The notes under the pieces are model-generated. The model saw only the letters and a list, made by a program, of their open reading frames with translations, was not told the origin of the DNA and ran no database searches. A stretch of 64,000 nucleotides of DNA from Eledone cirrhosa (taxonomy: Eukaryota): the NCBI GenBank assembly GCA_964016885.1, contig OZ024740.1:50468001-50532000 (forward strand), given 5' to 3'. Both the position numbers and the translations under genes were made by a program. This document shows, piece after piece, positions 1 to 13,512 of the stretch. Numbering within the stretch: the first letter of the stretch is position 1; each line of letters opens with the position of its first letter.

Positions 1-30
1 GTACTCAACTTTACATCTAAAGGAGGATAG
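1..30 (-). CDS. PDLIM: PDZ-LIM/Zasp-like gene, internal exon truncated by the window edge: (G)YPPLDVKLS(T)
   Basis: Strong pyrimidine tract and acceptor ttttccattcctccatag| (TAG at 33-31). Phase-2 entry matches the exon ending at 1692; frame is open to the edge. Confidence 0.7.
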
Positions 31-1691
31 CTATGGAGGAATGGAAAAGGAAAGAAAAATCCTACAATGATAAAAGCTGATTTCCACAACAAAATGGTTG
101 GTTAGAAATATGTCGTTTTTTTTTCTGTTTAAATTATAGAAAAAATTAAAGCACTAAAAGAATGTTTCCGAATCTAAGTTATATGAAAACTAAGAGTAAA
201 AGAAATATTTAAAAATAAGTATTGGTGGTGGATAAATTGATAAAATACTAAAACAAATCTAACTGAATTGTTTAGATAATCTAAACTGTTAATCCTTTTA
301 AAACTTGTATGTTTTACAGTCTTAACCTGCTAAGCTATTGTCATATTTTTTTCCTATTCCTACTTTAGGAATAGGAAAAAAAATAATGCTTAAGTCTTGT
401 TTAAGGATATTGGTGAGGTAAGTGAAATAATTACAACCACCAATGGCTTAGTTTGTAGAAATCTGATTTTGTTTTTACTTACTTCACTAAACTTATACAG
501 CATGAATGGGAAAATGGTTAATATTAGTCCATCTTTTAAAGTATCAACATTTGAGATTTAGAAAGAAGAAATATTTAAATGGCTAACTGAGAAAAATCTG
601 AAGGTTATTCTAAATGCATCTTTTAGAAAAGTAAAAGATAACATTTTGTTAAATATAGATTTTTAAAAATGTATCTGATGTGGAAATCAACTTTCATTAT
701 TATTTATCCTCCTCCTTTATAATAAATTTTGTACCTTGGAAGTGGCAGAATAGAAATATCTGGAACAAAAAATAGATCTCAGCTGTTTGACGACAGTATA
801 ACAGATTAATTAACAATTACATATTCATAAACACAGTGTCACACTGAACACAAATATTACAAAACTCAATGAATTATTTGAAGTAATGCTTTTTTTTTTA
901 AATTTTGTTTTGAAACGAAAGAGATGGGGAAATAGCTAACTGGCTTTTGATATTTGTCTATTCTTTCCATAATTATAAATAAAGAAGGCATAATTTGTGG
1001 AGTGTCATTTCTTAATGAATAGGATTTATTATTTAAAGAAATAAGAAATGGGAAAGATGAAAAATCAAAATTTGTACAGAATATGTAAAATAAGTGATTT
1101 TTAGAGGGTGAACAATTTGATAGGTTACAATACTGTAGATATAATTATACTTTTTTCTGCTTTTGTAGGGGGCATTAGTGTTTTTTATTTTTGCTTCATC
1201 CTCTCAAGAAACCCATAAATCATGACAAAAGGCTTCACCTTGTAGTGAGTTACACACAAAACAGCCCGGCAGGGCTCAACACTACAAGTTAATGAATGAT
1301 ACAGTTGAAAATTACAAGTATGAAGGTATGAAGGATAAATGAAGTGAAGTGGCTGTGTAAATCAAACAAAACACAGAATTAGCTTCCGGGGGGGTTAAGA
1401 TTAGCATTTATTTTGAAAGTTGAAAAGATACTGCAAATGTTTTTAATCTTCATTGAGAATGCCATCTCTGTGTTGATAGTTTTCTAATTTCTATGCAATG
1501 TGACTTCCATGTTTATGACACAAGATAACAGATTACACTCTTACCATTATACCGACCACAAGTTTATATGTCAAATACACATAGTTGAAAATAATCTTAC
1601 ACCATCTTAGCATAGCTATTCTGGAGAAAGGAGAATGATAGAAAAGAGGTTTCTGAATTATGAATATAATGATTTGTGTTATTTTTATTAC

Positions 1692-1905
1692 CCATTATTT
1701 GAACCAATTAGTATATCTGTTTGATCCTTGAAAGTGTTGACAACATTTTCTTTGGAATACAGCCCTATAGGTGTGTTGTACTGCCAGTTTCCTACAGCCT
1801 TTACAGTATTCCCTTTGTTTGGTGCTTGATAGGGTAAAGGAGAGACACTCCGAGATCTGTTAGGTGACTGCATCGAATTCAAGGGTCTCAGGGCTGGAGG
1901 GGGTT
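1692..1905 (-). CDS. PDLIM: PDZ-LIM/Zasp-like exon with ZM (Zasp) motif QYNTPIGLYSKENV
   Basis: Acceptor tttcag| (1908-1906), donor GG|gtaata, 214 nt, phase 1 to 2. Translation EPPPALRPLNSMQ...WQYNTPIGLYSKENVVNTFKDQT. Confidence 0.9.
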
Positions 1906-2635
1906 CTGAAATAGGTGAGCAGGCAAATATTTTTTATTTGTATTATATATATATATATATATATGAATATATATTTCAGAATAATTTCAAAGTTTTTGTA
2001 GAGAGAAGGGGCATATGTGTGAGAGAGAAGGAGCAGGTGTGTGTGAGAGAGAGAGGGGGCATGTGCATGAGCAACAGAGAGAGAAAGAACATGTACGTAT
2101 GAGAGATAGAGAGTGAATTTGAGACGAAATCTAAAAGAGTAAGAGAGAATGTGAAAGAAAAAGTGAGAAAGAATATGGATTAAAAAATGAGAAAGAAAGG
2201 AATGATTTTGAAGAAAGAAAGAATGAGCTAATTATAGAGAAAACAAATATAATTAAAAACACTCCACCCATTCTCCTTTTGTTTCCATTATTGTAAGAGC
2301 TATATGAAATACCATTAAAATTATTGATCTCTTGTCTGGTCACATTCTTGTATAGTTGACTGAATGGACACTTATGTTTTATTGCTATTTAGTTTTAGTG
2401 ATCTTGGGAGGATTAACAAGATCAACACTAAGGAAATTTGAACTTAGGGTGGAAAATGACAAGACTAAACAATATAACTGACAAGCCAGACTACTAGTGT
2501 TCCTTTGATCAGCTCAGTAATCTTATTTATTGCAGTTTCTCTATTGAGATATTTTGCACTAAACAATTTATTTTCACTGGTTAAGTTCTTTGGTTTTGTT
2601 GCTTTCAACAACACAGGGTAATTTATAAAAACCTG

Positions 2636-2910
2636 GTGTGATGTGTTAAACCATTGTTAGGTGCTGTCATAACATTGTGTTGTATGGTGAAATATTGTGA
2701 GGTCTGGTACAATATTGTGAGGTAGTGTCATACAGTTGTGAGATGGTGTCATATCATTGTGAGGTGGTGTCATATCATTGTGAGGTGGTGTCATATCATT
2801 GTGAGGTTTGGTACAATATTGTGAGGTGGTGTCATACTATTGTGTGGTCTGGTACAACATTGTGGGCGGTGTCATACCACTGTGAGGTGATGTCATACAA
2901 TTGTGGGCTG
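2636..2910. repeat. Minisatellite, ~21-bp unit TGTGAGGTGGTGTCATATCAT
   Basis: About 12 degenerate tandem copies; explains the repetitive ORF 2725..2943. Confidence 0.85.
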
Positions 2911-3109
2911 TGGTGGTGTTGTTTAGCTCCAAGCAGATCATAGATCATCAGACCTGTCATCAAAGACATTCCAGCCGTGACCATCTCATCTTTTCCCTTC
3001 AAGGTTGTGGATTCAGCAGGTTGAATAATAGTCATGTTGAGACTTGCTAATTAAGTACACCACTCATAAGAGTTCGCCCCCTCTCTCCCTCTCTATCTAT
3101 CTATCTATC

Positions 3110-3460
3110 TAATCAGTGGCATAGTGTTATGTGGTGTAGTATCACCATGTACTATGGTATGCTGTAAAATGTAGTATGTTATGTAGTGTGGGTGTTATAA
3201 TGTGGTGAAGTATGATATTTTGTAGTCTGGTGCATTGTAGTGCAATATGATGCACTATATAGTGCAGTATGGCTTTTATACTAGGTAGTGTGGTATGAGC
3301 ATGCTAGTGTAGTGAGGAGTGGTGTGCTATACTATATAATCTAGAATAGCATTAGTGGAAATCATTGTATGGTGCAGTGAAGTGTAAAATGCAGTGCTAA
3401 GTATACAATGCAGCAATGCAAAATAAATAATGCATAATAGTGAAGTGTAGTGCAATCTAT
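3110..3460. repeat. Degenerate (TAGTG)n-like simple repeat
   Basis: Recurrent gtagt/gtggt/gcagt pentamers. Confidence 0.55.
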
Positions 3461-4961
3461 ACTGTATTTATTAATCCAGAACAGCACCAGTATGGTCAAC
3501 CCATAACCTCTTCCTTTAAAATTTTACATATGAAAATCACAAAAGTATGATAAATGTAGCAAGAAAAAATGGTTCTTATTTTAGTTTTGTATGATATTTA
3601 TTTTAAAAAAACCCTGTTCTCATGAGTTATTTAGAGATATAAGTATTTCAGTTATCTACTGCTTATATCCAGCACAGAACCAAAATATTATAGTTAGTTA
3701 CACTAATTTTATACAGAACATAATGAATTCTTTCATCTCTTTTCCTCTCTATCTCTGTCTATCTATACCAAAACACCCAGCCAATCTTCTGTAGGAACAT
3801 GTAGGTGGGTGATAGCTAGGTAAGTATTTATAAGGAGTACAACAGAAAAAACACATCTAAAACTAGTAACATGTAAATATTGTGATAGATCTCATCACCA
3901 ACAAGCTGTTTAAAAGGTTAGAGAAAGCTCTCCTTCAACCAGCTAACCAGTAAAAAAAAAAATCTTTTCTTAGATCTCATATCAAATAAAATAACAAATA
4001 AACACATCATATTTGCTTTTGATAATACTGAGTGGCTGTTTCACTACCCACAGAATTAACAGGCAAGCCTGTGTTTAACAGGTAGCAGCTAACTTGCTAT
4101 ATGTAAACACCTAGGTTATTTTGTTTCTGATATTGAGTTCCAGCTAGACAACTAGTATGATACACAACCAAACTTGGTCATGAATGACTTTTATATAAAT
4201 ACATAGTGTGTTTCAATTAAATAATTACATGAGGTATTTTGTTTTAATTAAGGAAATTATTATTTGATTAGATAATAATATTACATTTGGTTTAGATTGT
4301 TAGCACAGTTTGGTCATGTTAAGTGTTTGTAATTTTTCTTTTTACCCAGAATTTGGATTCTTTGTGAAGACTGATAGGGTTAATGTGGTGTTGGTTTAGG
4401 AATGAAAGAATAGGTGATATGTGTCCCATCATTGCACTGTAGAATACATAAGGACAAGGCAGTCGAGAATCAAGAGATCATATCTAATACAGGCATTTTG
4501 TTGTTCCTCTGTTTATCATGTTTGATTGTGAATACTCCACTTCACCTATCTGTTAAAAACGGGGACTAGATCATCTAGGAATGTTACTTGTGATAGATTT
4601 GAATCATATCTAGCAGGATGTAGTTTACACATTTCAGTGCATCCATATTTGTAATGAAGGACTGTGGTTTTCAAATCATTTTGAAAATAATCAAGAATTT
4701 GGAAGGATTTAATATCACTTTTTCATTATTAAGGTGGAGTTTAGAACATAACTTAAAGGTTCATACAGACAACACTGATGGATATAAACATAATATAAAT
4801 ACTTTAAAACATACAGCTTTGTATCATAAAACTAAGGTTGGTTTCAGGTGATGTGGTATCAAAAGGGTTATGTCTTATCAGCTCAATCCATCTAAATGTA
4901 AATAGGTACTATGCATATGCTTATCTGTACTGTAGCCAGTATCAAAGCCTTCATTCATTCA

Positions 4962-5177
4962 TTAACCCTTTAACATTTACATTACTCTATATTTACTATT
5001 GTATTTTCATAGTAAAGGCTTTACCTCACATAATATCGAATCTATGAGATTTTGATATTATTTATTTTGAGAACAATACCTTAACATCAGTATAAGTGGC
5101 TAGTTGTGGCCGGTTTGAACAAAAAGAGGTGAGAGAATTCTGGCCGGATACAGCTGGTTTAAATGATAAAGGGTTAA
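4962..5177 (+). mobile_element. piggyBac-type MITE family A
   Basis: TTAA|CCCTTTAACATTTA...TAAATGATAAAGGG|TTAA: TTAA target duplication, CCC/GGG ends, 7 copies in the window. Confidence 0.85.
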
Positions 5178-5914
5178 AGAGGAGAATGGATAACCAAATC
5201 AAATATATACAGTATCATTGGCTAAACCATGCATGACAAAATGTACAGCATAATCTCAGAACTGATAGAAATTTGACATTTAAATTGTAAGGACCTTTGG
5301 GTTGTTGTCAACATCTGATCTTCTAATTCTGTGCTATATTGATGAGAGCTAGCAGTGATTATTCACTTATAAACATGACATCATATTTCTATTTTCATTG
5401 AGTTATCAAAAATGCAATTTATATGAAACTCAATTTAAATCTTTCTATGATAATGTTAGTTTAGGAACTTGTTATAAATTAATAGAAAAGTACCCAAGTC
5501 TCTACTACTCAGCTAGTGCATATGATAACCAGTAATATTTTGGATTTGCCACTTGCAATATGGAAAAGAAGCAAGGTTTTTATAATACTTCTATGCAGAG
5601 AAGAAATTAAAATAGAAATTTTTTGGTTATTTTTTCTGGTCTTTTTTTTTTTATATCTTGAGAAAGTGGATTTGGAGAAAGGCATATTTTAGATAATTGT
5701 ATGCAATATTTTTATAAGAAGTTATTGAATATACTTTAACCTGTCCTCATAACATTTTATGGAGAAAATGTGAAAAAAAAAAAATCCATTAATTTTACCA
5801 TTGTAAAAATTTCCTTTAATACATCAAATCAGAAATTTTGTATAGTAATTATGATGAAAAAGGGTAATAAAACATAACAAAAGCCTGGTGATACAGCTCA
5901 ATATCATGCCTTAC

Positions 5915-6051
5915 CTTGACCACTGTCCATCAAGCCTTGTAGCAATTTGAAGGATCTCGATTGCTGTGTTGAATTGGGGCGCTCTTCTTCAGCTTCTGCA
6001 TATTTATCAAGAGAGGGCTGAAAAACTGTTGGTGGAGGTGGAAAGGTTTCC
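5915..6051 (-). CDS. PDLIM: PDZ-LIM/Zasp-like exon with AM motif QSRSFKLLQ
   Basis: Acceptor cgtacag|, donor AAG|gtaagg, 137 nt, phase 2 to 1. Translation ETFPPPPTVFQPSLDKYAEAEEERPNSTQQSRSFKLLQGLMDSGQ. Confidence 0.9.
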
Positions 6052-7926
6052 CTGTACGTTGAAATATACACATATGATAACGCCAACAACTGAACACACA
6101 ACACAGCGGTGGAATTGACAGGTTTATATGTGATAAGCAAATAGTATCACATGCAATATAAATCATAAGAAATGTAAGATCAATGGAAAACTTGTAAAAC
6201 AAAGAAATTGTCAACAGTTTCGACATGCTCGTCAATAATGTTTGTAAATTTTAAAGAAATCTAACAACACAACATGCTTTTGTTAAATAAAAAACGTTTA
6301 CTTCAAGAAAATTACTAAACATTTTTTCATTGAAAAAAAGTTATATCTAAAAAAAATCAAAAAAGAAAAATCAATAAAATATAAAAAAATTCTAATATAT
6401 GAAATTTTTAAATACAATAAATGAAGAAATCTATATTATAAAACATTCTTTAAAATATTTTATAATAACTAATATTAAATTATCTAGATTTTATTTCTGA
6501 AGGAATCATAAAGTGATTATATAATACCTAGCTTAAGTAAAACGCCAACACTCCGATTATACTTGAGGAAACTGAGTGTAACTAATCTGTCTAATATCCT
6601 CTTCAGTTTTTGATAGTAAATAGTACAAATATCAATAATTGTTTCTACTTTAGGCACAAGGCCAGCAATTACATCAATAATACAAACTTTTCAGGATTTG
6701 CTTCCTCAATTTTTATCTTCCTATCATTTTATTTTATCACTATTAATACTGTTACAGATATTTTTTGACATTTTAAAAACATATTTCATGTCTTCATCCA
6801 AGTTCATCTGAATTTATTCTTCCATGCTTATATCATGATGCACAACCTATCACATGACTCTTATTTCAGTTTCTGTCTGTCTGTAGTAGGAAAACAACCC
6901 ACACTACTCACATTTCATTTCTGTAAAATAACTTGCCATACTGTTAGTTGTATACCTTTCAAGAAGTTCTTTCTGATATAAGTTTGCATCAAAATGCTCC
7001 AACGAAATTATAGCTGAAGCAACGTAGCAACTTGGCTCTTCATTCTATTTCAGTGACTAATAGTCTCACCAGAGCTAATAAAACTTACCTAAAGTAGATT
7101 ATTTGTAATGAATTTTATTCTTCTAAGTAAAGTATTTTCTCAGCTTGGCAAATATAACATCCTGTACATCATTCACTATTTTTTTCTTACAATACTGTAA
7201 TAACCATCTTTTTGTGTACCTCATTAATATTCAAAATATATTTCACTCTGATGTTCCTATAGTTTTTTCACTTTAATTTTCATACTAAAAAAAACCCCCA
7301 GTTAATAAAACTTCTCTGAGCGTATTACCAACTACTAGTTTAGTTTATCATTAGTTAAAAAATACCAATGTTTCAAAATAACAATAACATGTAAATGTGA
7401 TTAAGGCATGCTGACTAAAGTAGAGATTTTGAAATATCATGCACATATAAAAGAGAGATTCTAAACCATGTTACACGAACTTCCTTCAACAATAAAAACA
7501 TTGTTATCTTGACTAAACTATATCTATTAGGAAGAAATATGAAAAGAAAAGGACAAAAAGAAAGTTTGTGTGGCATTTTCCTGGAGTAAATCTCCTGGTC
7601 TTATAGTATTTTATATACGTGTGTGTATGTTTGTGAAAAGATAAAAATGAACTTACAATTAATTTTAAGTAGAAAGGGATTACCAATACATGGTTTATCA
7701 TTGCCTAGCTTATTGTAATTGAAATAAGTCATTCTTCATGAATTCCACAAAGCATAACAAATTACTAACCATTACAAAGTCACATGACTTTATCTGATCT
7801 GAAGCTATAGTGATTTGTATTGATAACTAAATATAGATGATTCAAAATGGAACATTTCAAGTTCATATCATTAATATTAGAAATAGCAAATAGCAAGTTG
7901 AAATCAGTGAATTTATATATTCATTC

Positions 7927-7983
<57 letters not shown>

Positions 7984-8479
7984 GGGAAAATGTTCTCTAA
8001 TACATAAAAGCAACATTTATAAATAGAAACCGAATTTACTGTTTCCTATTCATGATTTATAATTAAAAGTAAAAATATTTCAAATGTATAATTATTTTAT
8101 CTGAAAATTTGCTGTAGTCCACATTATTCTCTTGAAAAATACGGCCATGACTGCTCTCTGAGCTATGCAGCAGGATGTCCTCTAATTAGAATTTATGGTA
8201 AATTTGTAAGTAATAGTAATTTTTTCATTTTCCTAAGAATTATATTATATTATATGAAATGTTTATATTTAATCCTTTTAATATCAACCTGCCCCAAATC
8301 GCCTCTGGTTCTATGAAACAAAACCACCCATTTTAAAAGGTTTCTATTTAAACTAAAATTTTCCAACAAAATACATTTTGCATTATCATGAAGGTTATAT
8401 ATGATGATACTGCTATCTTATGTTAATAGCCTTTATTAACAGTAAAAGACTGTTCCAAGCCTAGAGGCTTGTCAGGCTA

Positions 8480-8990
8480 GCGTTTAATTCAGTTTCATTA
8501 GTGTTAAGTGACTGGAGAACAAGATACCCACTGGATAAGATGCTAGTCCATTGTAGGATTAATCTCCAGCTGAGTTGATTGGAGCAATGTGAAATGAAAT
8601 GTTTTGCTCAAGAACACAACACACCACCCGGTCAAGGAATCACATGGACTTGTCAGTTTTGACGATGAGTGTTCCAGTTGTTTGATCAACAGAACAGCCT
8701 GCTCATGAAATTAACATGTAAGTTGCTGAACATTCCATTGTCACATGCATCATTAATGTAATTCTTAGGGAGATTCAATGTGATACAGTGTGTGGCAAAG
8801 CTGCCCCTTTGAATTATAGGTATAGTCCATCTGACAAGCTTCCAAACAGTTTTCATCAACCTAGTTTCACTCTCAAGGTATGGATTGATTTCCCCAAGGC
8901 ACCCGACAGTAGAATTGAACCTAGAATCTAATGACTGCAAAGTGAACCTCTTAACTTTTTGGCCATACTGCACCTAGTGAAGAAATACAA
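8480..8990 (-). mobile_element. Cluster of degenerate CORE-like tRNA SINEs
   Basis: Reverse complement of the cttgagcaa..catttcacattgctcca core; body shared with 34715-34990 and 59720-60050. Confidence 0.6.
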
Positions 8991-9389
8991 CTGAGTCAAT
9001 ATAGCCATGGATTGGTTGACTATTGAGTACCACTGATACCAACAGGGTGGAGAGAGAGAAAGAGAGAGAAGGCAACTGCCTTTGCAGGTCAAGCAACTAC
9101 ATATGAGTTCTTCTAGGTTGAAGCTAAATTTAGTGTCACTTTAAACTATATTACAAATAACTACAGCAGTAGAAACTGCAGAAGAAAGAGAATAAAATGT
9201 TAAGTTTGAAACTACTTCTAATACATTTCAGAGAACATGTATAGTTTTTAATTAAAATACATTTTAATAGACTTTATGAATTATTGAAGCACTGAGAGTA
9301 TCTGAAATTTGAAAACATGAGAGTCCCAAAACAGAAAATAGCTGTAATAACAGGTAATCACTATAAATAATGGTTGAAAAATTGGGTAA

Positions 9390-9790
9390 ATCTTGGGTAA
9401 TGGCTGAAAGAATATGATTACGAATAAAAATGGCTGAAATGGGGGTTCCTCCGAAGGGTCTTTGGAGTAATGTTACTCAGTGTGTAGCTTGGAAATCAGA
9501 GAGTTGCTCCAGGTAGAGCCGCCATTTCTCCAAATTGAGAGACCACAGCTCCGATACTATGGACATGTGGTTAGAATGTCTCAGGAAAAAAAAATCATTG
9601 GACACATTTTACGGGCAAAATCAACTGACTCAGGTATAGACCCCAAGCAAGACAGTCGGATAACATCCATGAGCTCAGCTGATCTCACTTGGGGATCCAG
9701 CCGGATCAATTGGAGCTGGTTGCTTCTGATAGGACCTGTTGGAAGGCAAGTCAGAAGATTCTGCCCACATGACCCTCTCAGGAATAAATG
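9390..9790 (+). mobile_element. Decayed 3' fragment of an RTE-clade LINE
   Basis: Translation QLRYYGHVVRM matches the LRWxGHVxRM motif; frameshifted. Confidence 0.7.
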
Positions 9791-10895
9791 GGAAAGAAAA
9801 CTCTTAGAGACAGAAAAATGTGGACATTTACACAATATTCTTAACTATTATCTATAGTGATTGACTATTAGTTATTTTCTGCATCGTGGTTTAAAATTTC
9901 AAATTTTAATAGCTACTTTGAAATAATAGAGTGTTAATTGTTTTTTCTAAAGAAATTAATCATAATTTAACAAAGTTTTGAATTGCATAGTAAAGAATTT
10001 AGGAAGTCAGTGTCAGATATAAAACAGTGAGAGTAAAAGAAAAAGAAATACATTTAAATGTGTATAAATGTTGAAAATATCAGATGTAGGAAAATGGCTA
10101 TGAACACAGCGTAGAAAATCAGATAAAATACCCCTATAGATGGAAAAAGTGGCTAGCAGCCACTACAGAGAATCAAACTATGTACCTCTTAGTAGCGGCT
10201 GTTGGCCACTTTTTCTGTGTATAGGAATATTTTACTGATTTTCCAAGCTGTGGTCACAGCTCATCTGCATTCAAAATTTTCTACATTTCTAAACATTCCA
10301 ACTCACTCGACACTCCAATATTTATTTATAAAATGTTGTCAAATACATTTAATTTTAAACAATGTAAAACATTTGGTTTCTCAGTTGAAATAACATTGCT
10401 GATAAAAATGGCTGAAAGTAACTTTATAATGAAATTTATAGGTAACATTTAGTGAACTTGTACATATGCATGTGCGCTCAGAAAAAGATCTTGTAAAGCC
10501 AATAATACACATAACAAATGTGGTAAGCTTTACTAATATTTAAAAAATAGCTAAATTTCTTGAATACTGCCAAAATCTTGACATTTTGGATATACTAATT
10601 ATTGTGATGTCCTACATGACACAAATGACACTAGTTCATGTTATAAATGTCTATTCTTTGTGGCAAATTTTGTAACCTCAGACAAATTAGTACAAATTCA
10701 TCATCATCACTGTTTAATATCTATTTTCTATGCTTGCATGGGTTAGACAAGCTGTCACATCCTGAGGTTAGACCAATCAGATGACCCCATTTTGCTCACA
10801 CATTTAAATTTTGGCTTGATTTCTATGGTTGGATATCCTTCCTAATGCCAAATACATCACACCCTCTGCACACCACTGGCTCTAGAGTAGTATAT

Positions 10896-11085
10896 AATTG
10901 TTTCTACTTTTTGACACAAGGCCAGCAATTATCCCAGTGCATTACTGGTACTTTATTTTATCGACCCCGTAAGGATGAAAGGCAAAGTTAACCTTGGAGG
11001 GATTTAAACTCAGATCATAAAGGGTCGTAACTCTATGCTGCAAAGCATGGCGTCCGAATCTCTACCGATACTGCCAATCCATCGC
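10896..11085 (-). mobile_element. tRNA-derived SINE with Nin/Deu-like central domain
   Basis: Reverse complement has A box TGGCAGTATCGG, B-box-like GAGTTTAAATCC, core ctttgcctttcatccttacggggtcgataaaataaagtaccag, and an ATT tail. Confidence 0.8.
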
Positions 11086-11564
11086 AGTATAGAACAGTAT
11101 ATAATTTTAAGTAAATAGCATTTAGATAACATATAGGAGTTTACTTGGGATAACTTAAAATGAAATACAACTTAAATGAGTATATTCAAGATAACGAGGA
11201 AAGTAATACATATTGGTTTCACTGGGGAAAGTGTTTAATCTTTTAAATATGAATAGTATTTAAGAATAGTAATGAAAATCTACTGATATAGTCTATATCT
11301 TCTAAAATGATGAAATAATTTAGAACAATTATTGAAAGTTGAAAATGTCCATCTTAACTTTAGAATCCTTAATTTGTCTCAGCATTATTTTTCATCTATT
11401 TAATGATTAATCCATTAGCCAACTTTAAAGAGGCTTTAGTATATGCCAACGCAGCTTTGTATTGCAAGACTTACACATATTCTACTGAAGAAGGAAGTTG
11501 AGTTGATGTTATAGTTGGACATAAATAATTCTGAATAGTTTCAGAAACTAAAATATATACTTAC

Positions 11565-11629
11565 CCACTTGCATGAGAAAATCCAGAGTGTTGACCTAAT
11601 GGAAATGGCCGGGCAACAGCATTAAAGTT
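11565..11629 (-). CDS. PDLIM: PDZ-LIM/Zasp-like exon NFNAVARPFPLGQHSGFSHAS(G)
   Basis: Acceptor catcttctag|, donor GG|gtaagt, 65 nt, phase 0 to 2. Contains the NxxARPF motif typical of PDLIM linkers and is in frame with exon 6051. Confidence 0.85.
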
Positions 11630-11734
11630 CTAGAAGATGAAAAAATAAATAGAAATGAATTGATGATTCCTGTTTGAATCCTTTCATCAGAGTAAAGGAT
11701 ATAAGTAATAATAAACAAATCAAATAATACTGTA

Positions 11735-12075
11735 AAGACCCTTTTGGTCATGAATTCATGACCAAAAATTTGCACCTAGAAAGCTCCTCTCTGTGGAACA
11801 AGACCAGGCAAGGTGTTTTTGTGGAAGACCATTAGTTGCCCATGCATATCAGCACCCCCTCTCCATGCCAACGATGTTGTTAAAAGGAAAGGCAAGGCAA
11901 GGGTTGATACAGCTTGGCACCAGAAATGTTCCAACTCATTTCTACAGCTGAGTGAACTGGAGCAACGTGAAATAAAGTGTCTTAATCAAGGAGACGCAAC
12001 ACACCACCCACTCTGGGAATCGAACTCACCTCAGGATTGTGAATTCAAACCTCTAACCACTAAGTGACATGCCTT
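11735..12075 (-). mobile_element. CORE-like tRNA SINE variant
   Basis: Reverse-complement head ggcatgtcacttagtggttagagg...gagttcgattccc and core gacactttatttcacgttgctccag. 3' part is also seen at 12990-13170. Confidence 0.65.
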
Positions 12076-13512
12076 CATAAAGACTACTGTAAACTTGTAT
12101 TACTGGTAAAAATTTGGAATTGCTGCAAATAATTTGTATTGTTTCTCAATAACAATTACATTACTGCTTAATAATTTCTTCAAAAAACTTCTGGCAACAA
12201 GACTTTAGTCTTAGTATTCTAATAATGTGTTCACATCTAGAAGCTTTATAGGAATATTGAACCTTAGTATAAGTTATAGTTCATGTTCTATATAATTAAA
12301 TATGGGTACCAAATATGTATAAGATGAATCTGTAATCTATTTTTTGCTCTCTATCATAATATTCGGGGCAAGAATGACTAATGACCACAAATTCTTTTGA
12401 TGTATATTGACCCAGGTTAACATCTAATATCAGTTCATAATATTTCATCATTCATTTTATTATTTATTTGTTCCTATAATGTGGCAACAGAACATCAGAG
12501 TGGTATGTCATACAACCAAACTAAATTTCTCTCAATTCTTTTAGCTTAACTGAATTCAATAACTTTCTGTAGATTATCAACTATTAGTTATATATTCCAT
12601 TCAGGGAATACTCATGACACATCAACCTCTGTAGTGTTGGTGTCATGAAAAATGCACCTATTAGGCCCTGTAATATGGTTAATGACAGAAAGAGCATCCA
12701 GCTGTAGAAAAAAGGATTCTTCAGTTGTGTCAAGGCCACGGCAACCTTTCTATTGTTAGTGATATACACAATAAATGCACCCAGTACTCTCATTAAAATG
12801 GTTGGTGATAGAAAGAGCATTCAGCTGTAGTAAACCTGCTAAACAAAGGGTTGGGAGGGCTCTGTAGAGTGTAGGAATGTAAGTGGGGAGTAGGCCCTCA
12901 GCCAGAGAGGCCAGTAGCTCAGATTAAGTACTGATTTGGTCTGTGATGAGAGCTCCAACCCTTGATAGTAGGAAAAATGGCTTTTCAATGAAGATGATGA
13001 TTATTAGGACCTTTGCATATATTATACATAGAAAGATATGCACACAAAGTTCCTTTCCAAGATTCAATCTTGAGTAGGAGGGTTTTTATTTTTATGAATG
13101 ACCAGCAGCTGCCCATGTATACATGTCTACCCTTTCCACCAATGTTGTCTAAAGGAAAGGCAAGGCTGATACGGTTTGTCACTGCAGGTATTGCTGTCTG
13201 AATGCAAATAGATAGGCATCCAGTCTGACACTAACAATTTTGTGATAAAAATACTTGCAATCTTCAATATTCATGAGTTAACTGCTAACTTAAGTTTTAT
13301 ACCCTATCATAATTTACATATTTAGAGATTTTTGGCTTGTACTTACTAGCTAATGATCTGGTTTTCTAAATTCCTTAGGGTAAATTCAGAATGAGTTCTG
13401 ACATTTTACTGTTCAACTATTAGAATTAAGAGATAAGGTGTTAAACTAATAGCTCAATGTTATAACACTATGGATGTTCAACTTTTTCTGCAGATACAGT
13501 GTTAATCCTAAA

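Noticed and set aside
2725-3035. ORFs with a repeating SYHCEVV peptide
   Set aside because: Translation of a 21-bp minisatellite; no splice support.
11660-11700. CTGATGA on minus upstream of exon 11629
   Set aside because: No GAAA or stem III follows, so it is not a hammerhead.
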